A stretch of DNA of 64,000 nt from Guillardia theta CCMP2712. Taxonomy: Eukaryota; Protista; Cryptophyta. This document shows, in pieces, positions 12,701 to 24,700 of the stretch (positions are counted from its first letter, which is position 1; every line of letters begins with the position of its first letter). The notes beneath the pieces were generated by a model that had not been told where the DNA came from, did no database searches, and saw only the letters and a program-made list of their open reading frames with translations. The position numbers and the translations under genes were made by a program. The stretch covers positions 279,004 to 343,003 of the forward strand of contig NW_005434589.1 of NCBI RefSeq assembly GCF_000315625.1, read 5' to 3'.

Positions 12701-15700
12701 GAGGGAGGGGAAGGAGGAGGAGGAAGAGAGCGAATGGAGAAGAGGAGGAGAAGAGGAAAGGAGTGAAGAGGAGGTGGAGGTGGAGGAGGAGATTGTAATA
12801 TTCTCGATGGTTCTCACGGTGCCTTCAGGTTTTGCAGGTCGAGCTGGTCCCGAGCCCGGACGTGAGCAAGCTGGGATGCTCCTTCGGGGAGATGGCGATT
12901 CGAGCAGTCATCTCCTTAAGCGTCGAGCTCTCGCAAGGGATCGGCAGCTGGAACTGGAGGAGGGGGCAGCTGAAGTTCCGCCCCCCCGACGGCATCGCCA
13001 CATGCTCGACCCCCTCCAAGGACGACGTCTGCCTCCCCCGCATCCAGGTACAGTTCGACCTCAAGAACCCCACGACCGGCAACCAAGTCCTCTACCCGAG
13101 TATCATCGCGCGGGGAGGTGGCTTCCGCTTCCAAACCTACACGCCAGCGATCGGCATCGACGTGCTGGCGCAGACGAACCTCTACTTCTACGCGACCGCT
13201 ACGGAGAGCAACCCCGTGCTAGGGAGCTCTCAGGTGGGAAACGGAATCAACTCCATCTCTCTCTCGTTCCAGACGAACATCAGCATCCCCTCCGGCACCC
13301 TAATCACCCTCTCTGGCCTTCTTGACATGGCGACCCCTCCCGCCCTCTGCTCTCCCCAGCTTGCTCCTCCTACCTGCGACACCGGCACTTCCTGCATCTT
13401 CGAATCGTCCTCAGCCGTCTGCCGACGAGGCGTCCCGATCTTGGGCACTGACCTCCCTCCCTCCTTCTCGGGCTCGTGGGATCAGAACGCTGGTACACTC
13501 ATCTTCGCCGTCCTCCCATCGTTCCAGCAAGTCTACGGGCTGGACCTGAGCTTCTCCCTCCGCAACTCGCTCAGACCGAGGACGAGCGCACCCCAGCTGT
13601 TTCTCGAGGCGGCGCATCCAAGCGGGAGCTTCAAGGTGCTTCGGAGCAGAGTGAGGGGGAACGTGACCCTCGGCGAGCTGTTCTTCGCAAACTCCAGCTC
13701 GCAGCCCTCGTTCCTGTTCCTGCAGGGCAGCGAGACCCAGAAGGTCGAGCTGGAGATGAACGAGCTAACGGTCCAGCTGGAGACGAACGTCAGGCTAGCG
13801 GCCGGTTGCTGGGTACAGGTCTCCGGCCTCCGAGATGTCAGAAGGTGGGAGCCGTCGGGGACGAACATGGTGAAGACGGGAGAAATTATCGAGTCCAACA
13901 TCAACGTCGTCGGCGAGGGCGTCTCGGCTCAAGGTTTCTTCTGGAAGGCTGCCGATGACTTGCAGTGGATGTGCGCGCGTTCCAACAGAACCAACCTGGT
14001 GCGGTTCGGCTCTGTGGTGGACCAGCAGTGGTGCAGGAGGCCGAGTGCAGACTCAGTCTACGTCTCCCTCAGCCGCTGCTTCGATGCCGGGCATCGAATC
14101 TCCTTCACCTTCCAGGTCCAGAACCTGAACGTGATCTCTCTCCCCCCACAGCCCCTCCTCATCTCTGTTCTTGGGGAAGGCGTCTCGGTAGCACAGCAGC
14201 GGCTCCCCCCGGCTCCTGTCACCAGCGTCATCATCACAGAGTGCACCGGCCAGTCTTCCTGCATTACATCCATCTTGCAAGACCCGACGTGTTATCGCAC
14301 GGTGACCCCCCCCCCTCAACATATTGATCGCTTGCGATTTAAGATGCACTGCACTGTTTCCACACATTGTATGGTCGGCCTCGGCTATGTATCTTCCCTG
14401 ACTATAACCCTGGCCCGTTAACACGATGGTACCCGAAAATTTCTCTTGATTAAATACATTCCATNNNNNNNNNNNNNNNNNNNNNNNNNNNNNNNNNNNN
14501 NNNNNNNNNNNNNNNNNNNNNNNNNNNNNNNNNNNNNNNNNNNNNNNNNNNNNNNNNNNNNNNNAAAAAAAAAAAAAAACATAGAAAAAATATAAAAAAT
14601 ATAACATATAAACATTTTTTATATACACCAACACAGGGTTTTCCCCCGGGGGCCCCCCCCCCCCCCCCCCCCCCCTCCTCTCTCTCTCTCCCCCTCTCTC
14701 TCTCCCTCTCTCTCCCTCCCTCCCTCCCTCCCTCCCTCCCTTCCTCCCTCCCTCCCTCCCTCTCTATCTCTCTCTCTCTCTCTGTCTCTCGCTGTCTCCT
14801 CCTTCCCGCCTCTCATGTCTCTGCAGGACTGTCGCTTCCTCCCTCCTACAGCTCGGCTCGACGCTGCTCTCCTCTCCCTCGAGGTTCTCTGCACAGACCT
14901 TGAGGACGCAGGTAAGTACGTCGAGCGGGTGGGAGTCTGCAAGGCGGACGATTGCAGCCAGTACGGGGCGGACTATCACTGGGATCAGACCCTTAACCGA
15001 TGCTGTGACTCTAAGAGGATCTGTAAGGACTACCAGTGCTCGGGCACCCTCAGTAGCTGGACTTCAGGTCCGTGGTCGGGCTGCTCCAACAACTGCACGC
15101 GCCGGAGGACTGTGCTGCAGTCAGTCAACATCCTGCCCATCCTCTGCGACGGCAGCGGTCCATGCATGAGCCCTTCCTCCTTCGTCGTCGTCCTCTCGTT
15201 GTCAGCTCTAGTTCAGCAGGCTCGTTGCTCCCGCAACGTGCTGGATGCGTTGGTGAACCTGGAGCTCAAGTACTCCTACGACTCTCTAGCGTTCGCCACC
15301 GAGATTGCGAGGATCCAGCTGTTTGACTTGCAGGAGAGCACCAACGTGTCGCAGTCGGAGAATCTTCTCCAAGGGCTCCTCCAGCTGAGCGGGAGGGTGT
15401 CTAAGGGAAATGAGCTGAGAATCACTGGACTACTGGGCAGCCAGACGGAGGACGCGAAGAACATCTCGATCCACAGCCTCAAGTGCAGCATAGACGCTAG
15501 GAAGCAGCGAACCTGCCAGGAGGCGGCCGTCGGAGTCTTCCAACCGAGAGGGGAGTGGGAGAGGGCAACTGGGACCATGAGGCTGGTGTTCGATGCCGAC
15601 GTGCCAGCCATGAGCATCTTCGGGTTTCGATTCAGAATCCTCAATGCTGCCGTGTCTCAGCCTGCCGTCTTCCCAACGGCTACCGTCAGGTCCTCGACCT

Positions 15701-18700
15701 CCCAGGACGCCGTCTCCTCTCAGGTGGGAGTTCTCTCCTCTGCCGCCCCGCCCAAGATACAAGAGGCCCTCTTCTCGCAAGACAACCTGATCCTGGAGGG
15801 GCTCGTGCGAGTTCAGCTCATCCTCCGCTGCAACTTCGAGATGTCGCAAGGCACCGTCGTCTCCATGATCGGGCTCCTCAACAGCAGGACGTCAGACTCT
15901 GACTCCCTCCAGGTCAACTTGACCTCGGAGACCCGCAGTGCACGGTGGAAGCAGAGCACGGGGACGGTGACTTTGACTCTGTCTCGTCCTGTAGAGAGTG
16001 GCTCCCAGTCGCTCATCTCGTTCTATCTCCTTCGCCCCACCCTCAAAGTTGATCCTGCTCCAGTCACAATCGTGATCTTGACACCAGGGTCACGGCTCTC
16101 AGTCACACAGCAACTTGGCTTGTTTGCGTTGGGGAACAACGAGGAGGCAAGCTTCCGGGACCTGCTCGTCTGGGACGAGACGACAGTGGCGGGAGAGAAC
16201 AACCAGGTCTCCATCGCCTTCTCGCCCAACTTTAACCTACCCAGGGGATGCGAGCTGATGATCGCAGGACTAACAAGAGGTGCTGCGGACGCGGGGTCCA
16301 CCTTCCCGGTCACCTTGCAAGCAGACTCATCAGCTATGTCGACGACAGCGATATGGCACGCAAGCGATCTTTCCTTCTCCTTGGCTCTCCCGCAAAAGTT
16401 CTCCGCCTACCGGAGGCTTGTTCTGTCCTTCAACCTACAGAATCTCCCAGCACTATCCCCAGCAAGGAAGGTGTTTGTCTCCGGCTACTGCAAGAACGCC
16501 CTCAACGTCCCTTGGCTTGAAGCCTCCGGCCAAGTGCAGAAGGTCGATCAGGCTCCTCTCATCAGCCTCGCGAGTGTGGCCGAGAGCTCTCAGTCAGCCT
16601 CCAAGAACTCCACCATCTCTCTACTCCTCAGGACCAACCTAATACTCCGAGCTCGCTCCACCAACGTGGAGGTCACGGGGCTGGTCAGCTCACCGACTGA
16701 TCAGACTTCGGTTGAGGTCTGCCTGGGCAACAGCGAGTCCTGGACGAGTGACGGGACTTGCTCGGTTGTTCCCAGCTCAGCACAGTGGCAGAGGGCTTCC
16801 GGAACTTTGCGCATCAGCTTCCAGCAGGACGTGGCGGCGGACCGTTACCTCCTCGTTACTTTTACCCTACTGAACCCCCCGCAAAATGTACAGAAGAACC
16901 TAAAGGTCTCCGTCTATCAGGCTCTTGCCAGCAGCTTCACCAAAGTCAAGGACGTCGCTGTCTTCGCTCCGACGGGATCAGCCCTGTCGTCGTCACCGTC
17001 AGGTGCTGCCTCCTCCTTCTTCATGCAGCAGTCCTCCTTCATACAGGGAGCGATCAGCAACATGCGCATGCAGTTTCAGTTTTCCTTTCCCATGGGTCCA
17101 AACTTGCGCGTGACTGTCTTGGGACTTATTGGATCGCCAGTGAGGCAGGATGGTCAAGTGCAGCTTGATGGACCTGACGCGGACTTGTTCGGGCGGCGAG
17201 CAGTCTGGGACTCGACAAGCTCCTCGCTGCTGTTTCAAGTTGCAACCTCGGCCTTCAAGCCCTTCAACCAGCTGGTTCAGTTGAGCTTTCTGTTCCGCAA
17301 CCCTTACTTCTCCACTCCCGGCGGGGTTGACCCGCGCTTGACCTGCGATCACTTGGCCCAGCCGTATCTCTGCGCATCCTGCAAGCTCTTTAACGTCTCC
17401 AGCCAGCCTGTCTGGCGAGAGACCTCGATCTCCGAGTCCTCGTCGGTCAGGGGCGCCGTTAACACCGTCACCCTCAAACTTGTGGCCTCCGTTCAACTTC
17501 CGGCAAACACCGACATAACGGTGGTCGGCATTTCCTCCGGTCAGCTAGGAAGTCTGTCCAGCGGCGGTTTGAACGCTTCTTCCATCCGCGCGATCTCAGT
17601 TGACTCGCAAGGGACCGTTCACGTTCTCACAAACGCGAGTGTGATGGACTCCGAACCCTTCCAGTTTGACCTGCAAGTTACGAATCCTTCCAAGACAAGC
17701 GCCCCCGCGAATCTCACGGTGGGAGCAGTATACGTCTCTGCCTCCAAGACCTTCAGCATGCCCTTGGCCAGTCTAGTGGGATCGGTCTTGACAGGAAGTG
17801 AAGAACCAGCGTTCCTCATCGCTGCTGTTACTGAGAGCTCGTCCATAGATGGAGCGCAGAACAAGATAGACGTCAGATTGGTCGCCAACATCGGAATCCG
17901 GGTTGCGGACAAGATTACCATATCCAATCTTGATGTGACCTTCCCGTCCATCTCCGGTACTTCAGTTGGAATCACAAGCTCAGTGCTGGAGGCGGTTGGC
18001 CTGTACACCAAGGCGACCAAGTCTCTTGTCTTGACTCCGAGGTTCACTTTGCCTGCGAAGCAAGAAATCAGGTTCAGCTTCGTGGTCTACAACCCCAAGA
18101 GTCCGTTGAGTCCTGTCGAGCTGCTGGCGTCCACTCCCTCCATCGCAAACTCGGTGTTGAAGGACCCGCTTGCTGTATGGAACGAGGGCTTCCTCAAGTG
18201 GAAGGGAGCGCAAGACCCTACCCTAGCTCGAAGTTCAATTCTCAATGGAGGAGACGTGAGAAGAGCCTGTGCCCTTCTCCTCCCTGACGTTCCAGCAGGT
18301 TTACAGCTGGAGTCTGGTCGAGCTGTCGGAGTCCAGCACGGTGGCTGGGCAGCCAAACACTCTCACGTTCCAGATTCGACCCAACGTGGACGTGGAGGCC
18401 GGGTCAGGCATGACGGTACGTCGTTGAGGTGCAGTGACGGAGAGGTTTGACCTGCCTCGCGACAGATCTCAGGCATCTCAGGTACCGCGACCCCTGACTC
18501 GACGTCCCTCAACATCCATGGCCTCAACACCGTCGGGACGTGGACCAGGGCGAGCGGGACAGTAACGTTCCGAATCCCCGTGGCTCTGACGCAAAACTCC
18601 ACCCTGACGATTCAGATTCAGATCCTCAACGGGATGACGTTGCAGCTGCCTGCAAGGCCGCAGGTAACGGCAGTGTCTTCCTCCTCCCTGACTCCCCTGA

Positions 18701-21700
18701 CCCCCGAGACGCAGGTCTCCTTGTCTGGATCCAGCCCCCTCCAGGAGACCATCGCCATCCCATCCACAGCTGTCCGCACTGCCGACTCCTGCTGCCTGAC
18801 CTTCTCCGGCGTCGCAGTCTTCCTCAACGCGTCAGTCACCGAGAAGACAGCTGTTGTTGGAGAGGAGAACATCCTTGAGTTTTTCTTCAGAACCAACATC
18901 GAGATTCCTCTTACAAGCACTCTCCTCATCTCCGGACTTGATCAGGCCCGCTCCCTGGAGAACCCCAACATCCTGCCCCCATCGCTGTCATCGGGGTTGG
19001 CACAGTGGGATGCTCAAAACAATTTGCGGGTTCAGATGTCAGAGTCGCTCTTTGACCCTTGCTGCTCCTCCTCGCTCTCAAGCTGCCAACACAACTCGCT
19101 CATGCTTCGAGTGCAAGTGAAGAATCCTTCCGTCCCGTCTCCGCCAAGGGCCCTCAGGGCCTCGCTGCTGAACGCGCAAGGGGCTGCCCTCATAACAGCA
19201 TGTGACGTTGCAGGAGCAGGCGACGTGCTGCGAGGATCTCAACCAGCCAGTTTGATCGGAACCTTCACTCAGCTTTCTCCAACAGCCGACAGCTCGTCGA
19301 ACAACGTCACCGACCAGATCTCCATCCTGACCAGTGTGGGACTGACCAGATGTACTTCAACGGTGAGGAGCGGGCAGACTTCGTGGATCGTGGGCGCGAC
19401 GCCTCCGGAAGGGAATCAGTACCTGTTCGATGGGCTCAAGGGCACAGTGGACGGCACGAAAGTCGCTCGAGGCAAAGCCATCGACCTTGACTTCGGGGAG
19501 AACTACCTCCTAGAGCAGTTTACCGTCTACATCCGCACGGTCGACGTCTGCGCGCTCAAGGATGCGGAGCTGTACTATCTCGACCAGTCCACAGGAACAT
19601 GGAGGCTGGGTCTAACGTTTCACATCGCACCGACTTTGTCGTCCAACGTCAGCTCCTTTGCTTCACCTCCGATCGTGGCAAGGCAGTTCCGGATCCTACC
19701 GATCTCACCTCAAGACAACTTCGCCTCATGCACATACTCGCTGCTGCAAGAAGTTGAGTTCCTGTCTTGTCGGCAGAGTCAGTGCAGTCAACTTACCATC
19801 TCAAACATCACAAGCCCTCCCTCGGGCGGCTCCATCGTGACCTTCCTTGACTTCCCACCGTTCCTCATGTCCTACGGCTATTGGGACGCGGCGAATAAGA
19901 ACATCAGCGTCTTTGCCATCTCCAACTCTCCAGCATATCGGGAGATCAAAATTTCAGCTAGCTTTCTGAAAACAGGCATCCAGTCGAGAAACTACTTCAC
20001 TGCTAGCTTACGTGATCCCAAGGGATTTCAAAACATTCCTGAAACACCGTTGAGGTTCGTGAACTTGACTTCTCAGCCTTCAGGCAGTTCGTCATCTCAG
20101 ACAAGTCCCTCCATTGTGCTCGCATTCTCAGAGACTCTCGTCGGTCAGACCTCGAGCATGGCTGGGGCGAGGAACTTGATTTCCGTCACCCTCACTGCAG
20201 CTGTGGATCTTGCAAAGGGTCAGCAGGTCACTATCAAGGGCTTCAACGGACCAACGTCGAGCTCTCAAACTCTCGTTCCTGTCTCGCCCTCTGGGATCCT
20301 CTCCACCACCTTCACGTGGCAGAACCTCTGCGCGGATCAGCCGAACCCATGCGGAGAGGTCACCTTCACTTTGACCGCCGCATGGTCAAGAGGTCTGAGA
20401 GTGACGGCAACCATGGAGTTTGTCAACATGAATGACTTGCGTCCTTTGACTTCACCTCTGACCCTTTCGGTGTCTCCAGCCTTCGCATCGCAAACTCTCT
20501 GCAAGGTGATGAATGCTCAAGACCCCGGGGTATGTCAGCAGGCAGCCGACGTCCTCAATGTCGACCGCTACCCTGGACTTGTCAACGCATCCGTATCGCA
20601 GGGATCTGGTGTGGTCGGTCAGAAGAACTTGATCACTGTGAATGTGATGCCCAACTTCGAGGTCAGGGCCGGCAGCTTGTTGAACTTGCTCGGCCTTGTG
20701 AACGTGGATGTCTTGTACAGTGACATCATATACGACAACTCGAACGCGAACTTGCAAGCGCTCTCGTGGAGCAAGGATACGGGGACGCTGACATTCAAGG
20801 CTATCAACCCGCTGAACGGAGAGGCTAGCCCTTCGTTCTCTTTCTCCTTCGCCGTGACAAACTTCCAATCACCGGCAAGCTCTCCCTTCAACCTCAACAT
20901 CAGCGGAGTTTACTCCGACAGCGTCGGGAGCTGCGGCAGGAAGATCTGCGACCTTCTGGGGGCCTCAGGGCCTGCTATATCTCAGCCCTTCACGTCAGCA
21001 GTCCCGTTCACCGTCTCTCCTCCTCACCTCCTTCAAGCCCTGGAGTCTCCTGGTTTTGCTGTGCTGACAGTGTCTGAGAGTTCCAACGTGTCATCCCAAG
21101 ACAATCTCATCACCATCGAGCTCGTTCCTAACGTGATGGTTTTCCCTGACACCAAGATCACCTTGTTGGACCTCGGGTCGCCCTCACCGGCCAATGCAAA
21201 CTTCCCCATGCTAGCAAGCAATCAATCAATCTCCGGGCAATGGGACGGGAGCGGGTCACTGACCTTCTCCCTTTCGTATCCTCTCTACGCCTACAAGACT
21301 GATCTCCTGCTCAAGTTCCTCTTGAAGAATCCTGCTTCCATCCAGCAACCAAAGGATGTGCGAGTGTTGTTTGCGGGATCGAGCACACAAAAATTGGTTG
21401 GAAGCATTCTTCGGGCAGCAGACACAGCGAAGATCGTTACACTCACAGTAGCAGAGTCATCCTCCATTGTGTTGGAAGATAACACCCTAAGTTTCCAGCT
21501 TGCTTCCAACGTCCCACTGATCCAGGTGAGAACTTTCCTTCCAAGACTTGTTCAATTCTTGATCGTTGTGTTACCAGGGAACTATGATCAATGTGTCGAA
21601 CCTGACGGGAAGGTATGAAAGCCTCGAGCTGGTCAAGCAGTGCCAAGACAGCCTCGCAAGCGGTGCTGGCACAGGGCTTGTGACGTACGTGTCAACGAGG

Positions 21701-24700
21701 CAGTTGACCATCAATGTCAATGACTTGGTTGTTTCTGCTGCCAATGACCAGGTGACCCTGATGCGAAACTACACCACATGTTTTGTCGTGGATTCGCAGA
21801 TCAGTTTTCTGCTTCCGAGAAGTTATCGCGCGTTTGAGACCGTTCGCTTCAGCTTCACAGTGATCAACTGGAACTCTCTCCGACCGCAGGCTGTCGTCCC
21901 TCAAGTCTCTGCTGTCGGCTGCTCCGCCTTGTTGAGCCTCAGGGGCGACATGTCGTGCGATGCCAACGGTCGGGTGGAGCTCCCGAGGACTTCAGCTCGA
22001 GGAGAAGTGCTGAGATCAGGCGCAGCCCCCTTCATCCTTGAGAGGAGGATCGAGGAGACCAGCAGCCTGCTGGGAGAGATGAACCTAATCGTCGCAAGCC
22101 TCAGGTTCAACTTCGACCTCATCGTCGGCACCTCCCTCGTCCTCGGGAACTTCTCCAGCGGACTCGGCGCTCCGTTCGGGTCGTCGACGCCGAGCGGATC
22201 GATCAGCCTCGAGGGCGAGGACGCCGTGTGGTTCAACTCAATGGCGACGTGGAGACAGGAGGCCAGCACTTTGACCCTGGTGGTGACGAGAGTCGTACCG
22301 GCGAATCGCAGCCTCTCGATCCGGTTCTCGTTGCGGAACATGCAGTCGCTACCCCTCTCCAGATGCGCCCTGGGCTCCCCGTACTGCTCGGCAGGGGTCA
22401 ACCAGGGCCAGTACTGCACGTCAGTCGGTGGCTTGTGCGCAGGACAGTGCAAGAACGGCAACAACATATGCGTCGCTCAGATCTGCGCTCCTCCCAACAC
22501 AGGGAGTCAGTGCCCTGTGACCAGCCTGCTCTCCTCGAAGGGAACGGGAGGGCCTCCTCCTCTCGCCGCCTACCCGTACGGGTACGCAACCAACGTCTTT
22601 GACTCGGGGAACGGACCTGTGGAATTGAAGGGGGCAACGTGCACGGGAGGAGGTCAGTGCCTTGACTCTGGAAACTGTGTCGCCCCCAATACTGGCAGCA
22701 TCTGTACGAGCCACTCGATGTGCACTGGGTAAGTCATGTCTTTCTGGCTAATTCTTGAAATCCTCTCTTTGTCATTCAATTCATTCCTTCTCATTTCCCT
22801 TGAAATTTTCATTTGCAACCCCTCCTTGTCATGTGCTGTACTATGATCGCTATTCTAACTCCTTTTCTTTCTTTGCCAGCATTTTCAATCCTGCGATCGA
22901 TCCCTCACGCTTGTTCGAGCGCATTGGAAGTCAGAGATGTGTGAGAATGCAGATTGAAAATACCCTGACGCTCAGCCTGAGTCTGAACAATCGATTCAAC
23001 CTGAGTGAAACGATGATAGGGAGCTTGAAGGGATTCTCAAACCCATCCTCTCCCGAATTCGTTACAAGGGTTATCACAGAGTCGTCGACGATTCCAAACT
23101 CTTACAACATCCTCACTCTCAGTCTAGTTGCAAACTTCAAGATCCTGGTGATTTGAACGTGTTTTATGTTCGTTGAAATGATTCCTTGCTGCAGGATATC
23201 AACACAGTGTCGTTGACATTGAAAGGTCTGCGCATTGCCGACTCTTCTGGAAAGTTGCCTGTGATGGGAGGTGAACAAGGGCTGCTGAAGGAGGTGAATT
23301 GTACTCAGAACAGCTCAAGCTTCACCTGTCGCTCTGTTGGGGCAGGGCTTGTGTCCAGTGACAGCATTCTTTTGGAGGCAAAAGCAGACTTGGAGATTTA
23401 TTGCAAGTCATCGTCGGATGTTGTTTTGAAATCAGTCAGGGCGGCCTGCAATGATATCACAGATTCAATTTTCAACTTCCCTTGCAGCCAGTATCCTAAT
23501 TGTCTCAACGGTTGGTGCAAGGCTTTCACAAACCTTGACATTGTTCCTTTCCTCTCTGCCAGCTCTTCCTGCAGCTCGCAGTCACCTCAGGGATTCGACC
23601 TTCAGATCTCCTCCAACGACGAAAACGTTCACGCTCGCGTTCTTGTGCGGTCAAATGTCACTAAGGAATATGCAACATGGGACACTGCGTCGCAGATCGT
23701 CACGATAGCAGGAAACAAGGCGGTGAGCGGCTTCATCAACCAGAACACCCTCAAGTTTTCCTTCCGAGTCAAGAACCCTCAGCCATCGACAGTGTCCCCC
23801 ACCCTTACCATCACCGGAAACACTGGAGACCTCAAGGCTATCGGGATATGCGAGGATCAGCTACAGCCCGGCTGTACCGCCGCCAACGAGCCCAGCCCTC
23901 TACGGAGCATCGTGACAGGACAAGTGCTGAAGGCGAATGGAATGGCGACCATCGAATCTCTCACCATCGCTGAGTCCACTGACTTCAAAGGACTTTCCAA
24001 CACCATCTCAGTGTCACTGGAGTCGTTGAGGTACAAGTTTCCATCAGACATGACCATCACAGTTATGGGTCTCACTGGGTCGTCAACGACGAGCGGCAAG
24101 ATAGCTGTCTCAGGCAACCGACTGTCAAGGTACGCGGAATGGGACGCCGCCACCGGAAACCTGAAGCTGACTGTGACGTACCTTCCTGCCCTCGAGACCG
24201 ACCCCTTGCTGTTTTCTTTTGTCTTGACGAATCCCGCATCAGCCCAAAACAAGCTCGTTCCGCAATGGACTGCAGCTCATGCCGGGACCAGCCTTGCCTT
24301 TGCTGTGCAGACTTTTGTATGCGCAAGCTCGTTGAACTGTCAGGGGATCCTGGGCGCATCGAGAGATCTCACGATCTCATCATGGAATGTCGCATCTCAG
24401 GTAAGACAGTCACGATCTGGTCTCGAAAAGCTGTAATCCTTAGCTTGATTGACACTTGCATTCGTTGGTTCAGACTGACTTCTTTTGTCTTATTTGCAGG
24501 ATTATGTGAGTGGAAGCAAGAATAGCTTGCAGTTCTTCTTCGAGTCGAACATCAAGTTGACATCTCCGACAGTCACGTTGACAGTCTCCGGGATTCCACA
24601 GTCTTCCCTCGACTTTCACCCAGCCTCTACTGCAGTTCGCTTGTACTCATGTGACCGAGTTATTCAGAGGTCTTTCATTTGCTCGGGCCGAGATCTTTGT

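Noticed and set aside
14565-14810. Telomere or chromosome end
   Set aside because: Low-complexity poly-A/poly-C/(CCCT)n next to a scaffold gap; coding repeats of the same gene continue on both sides
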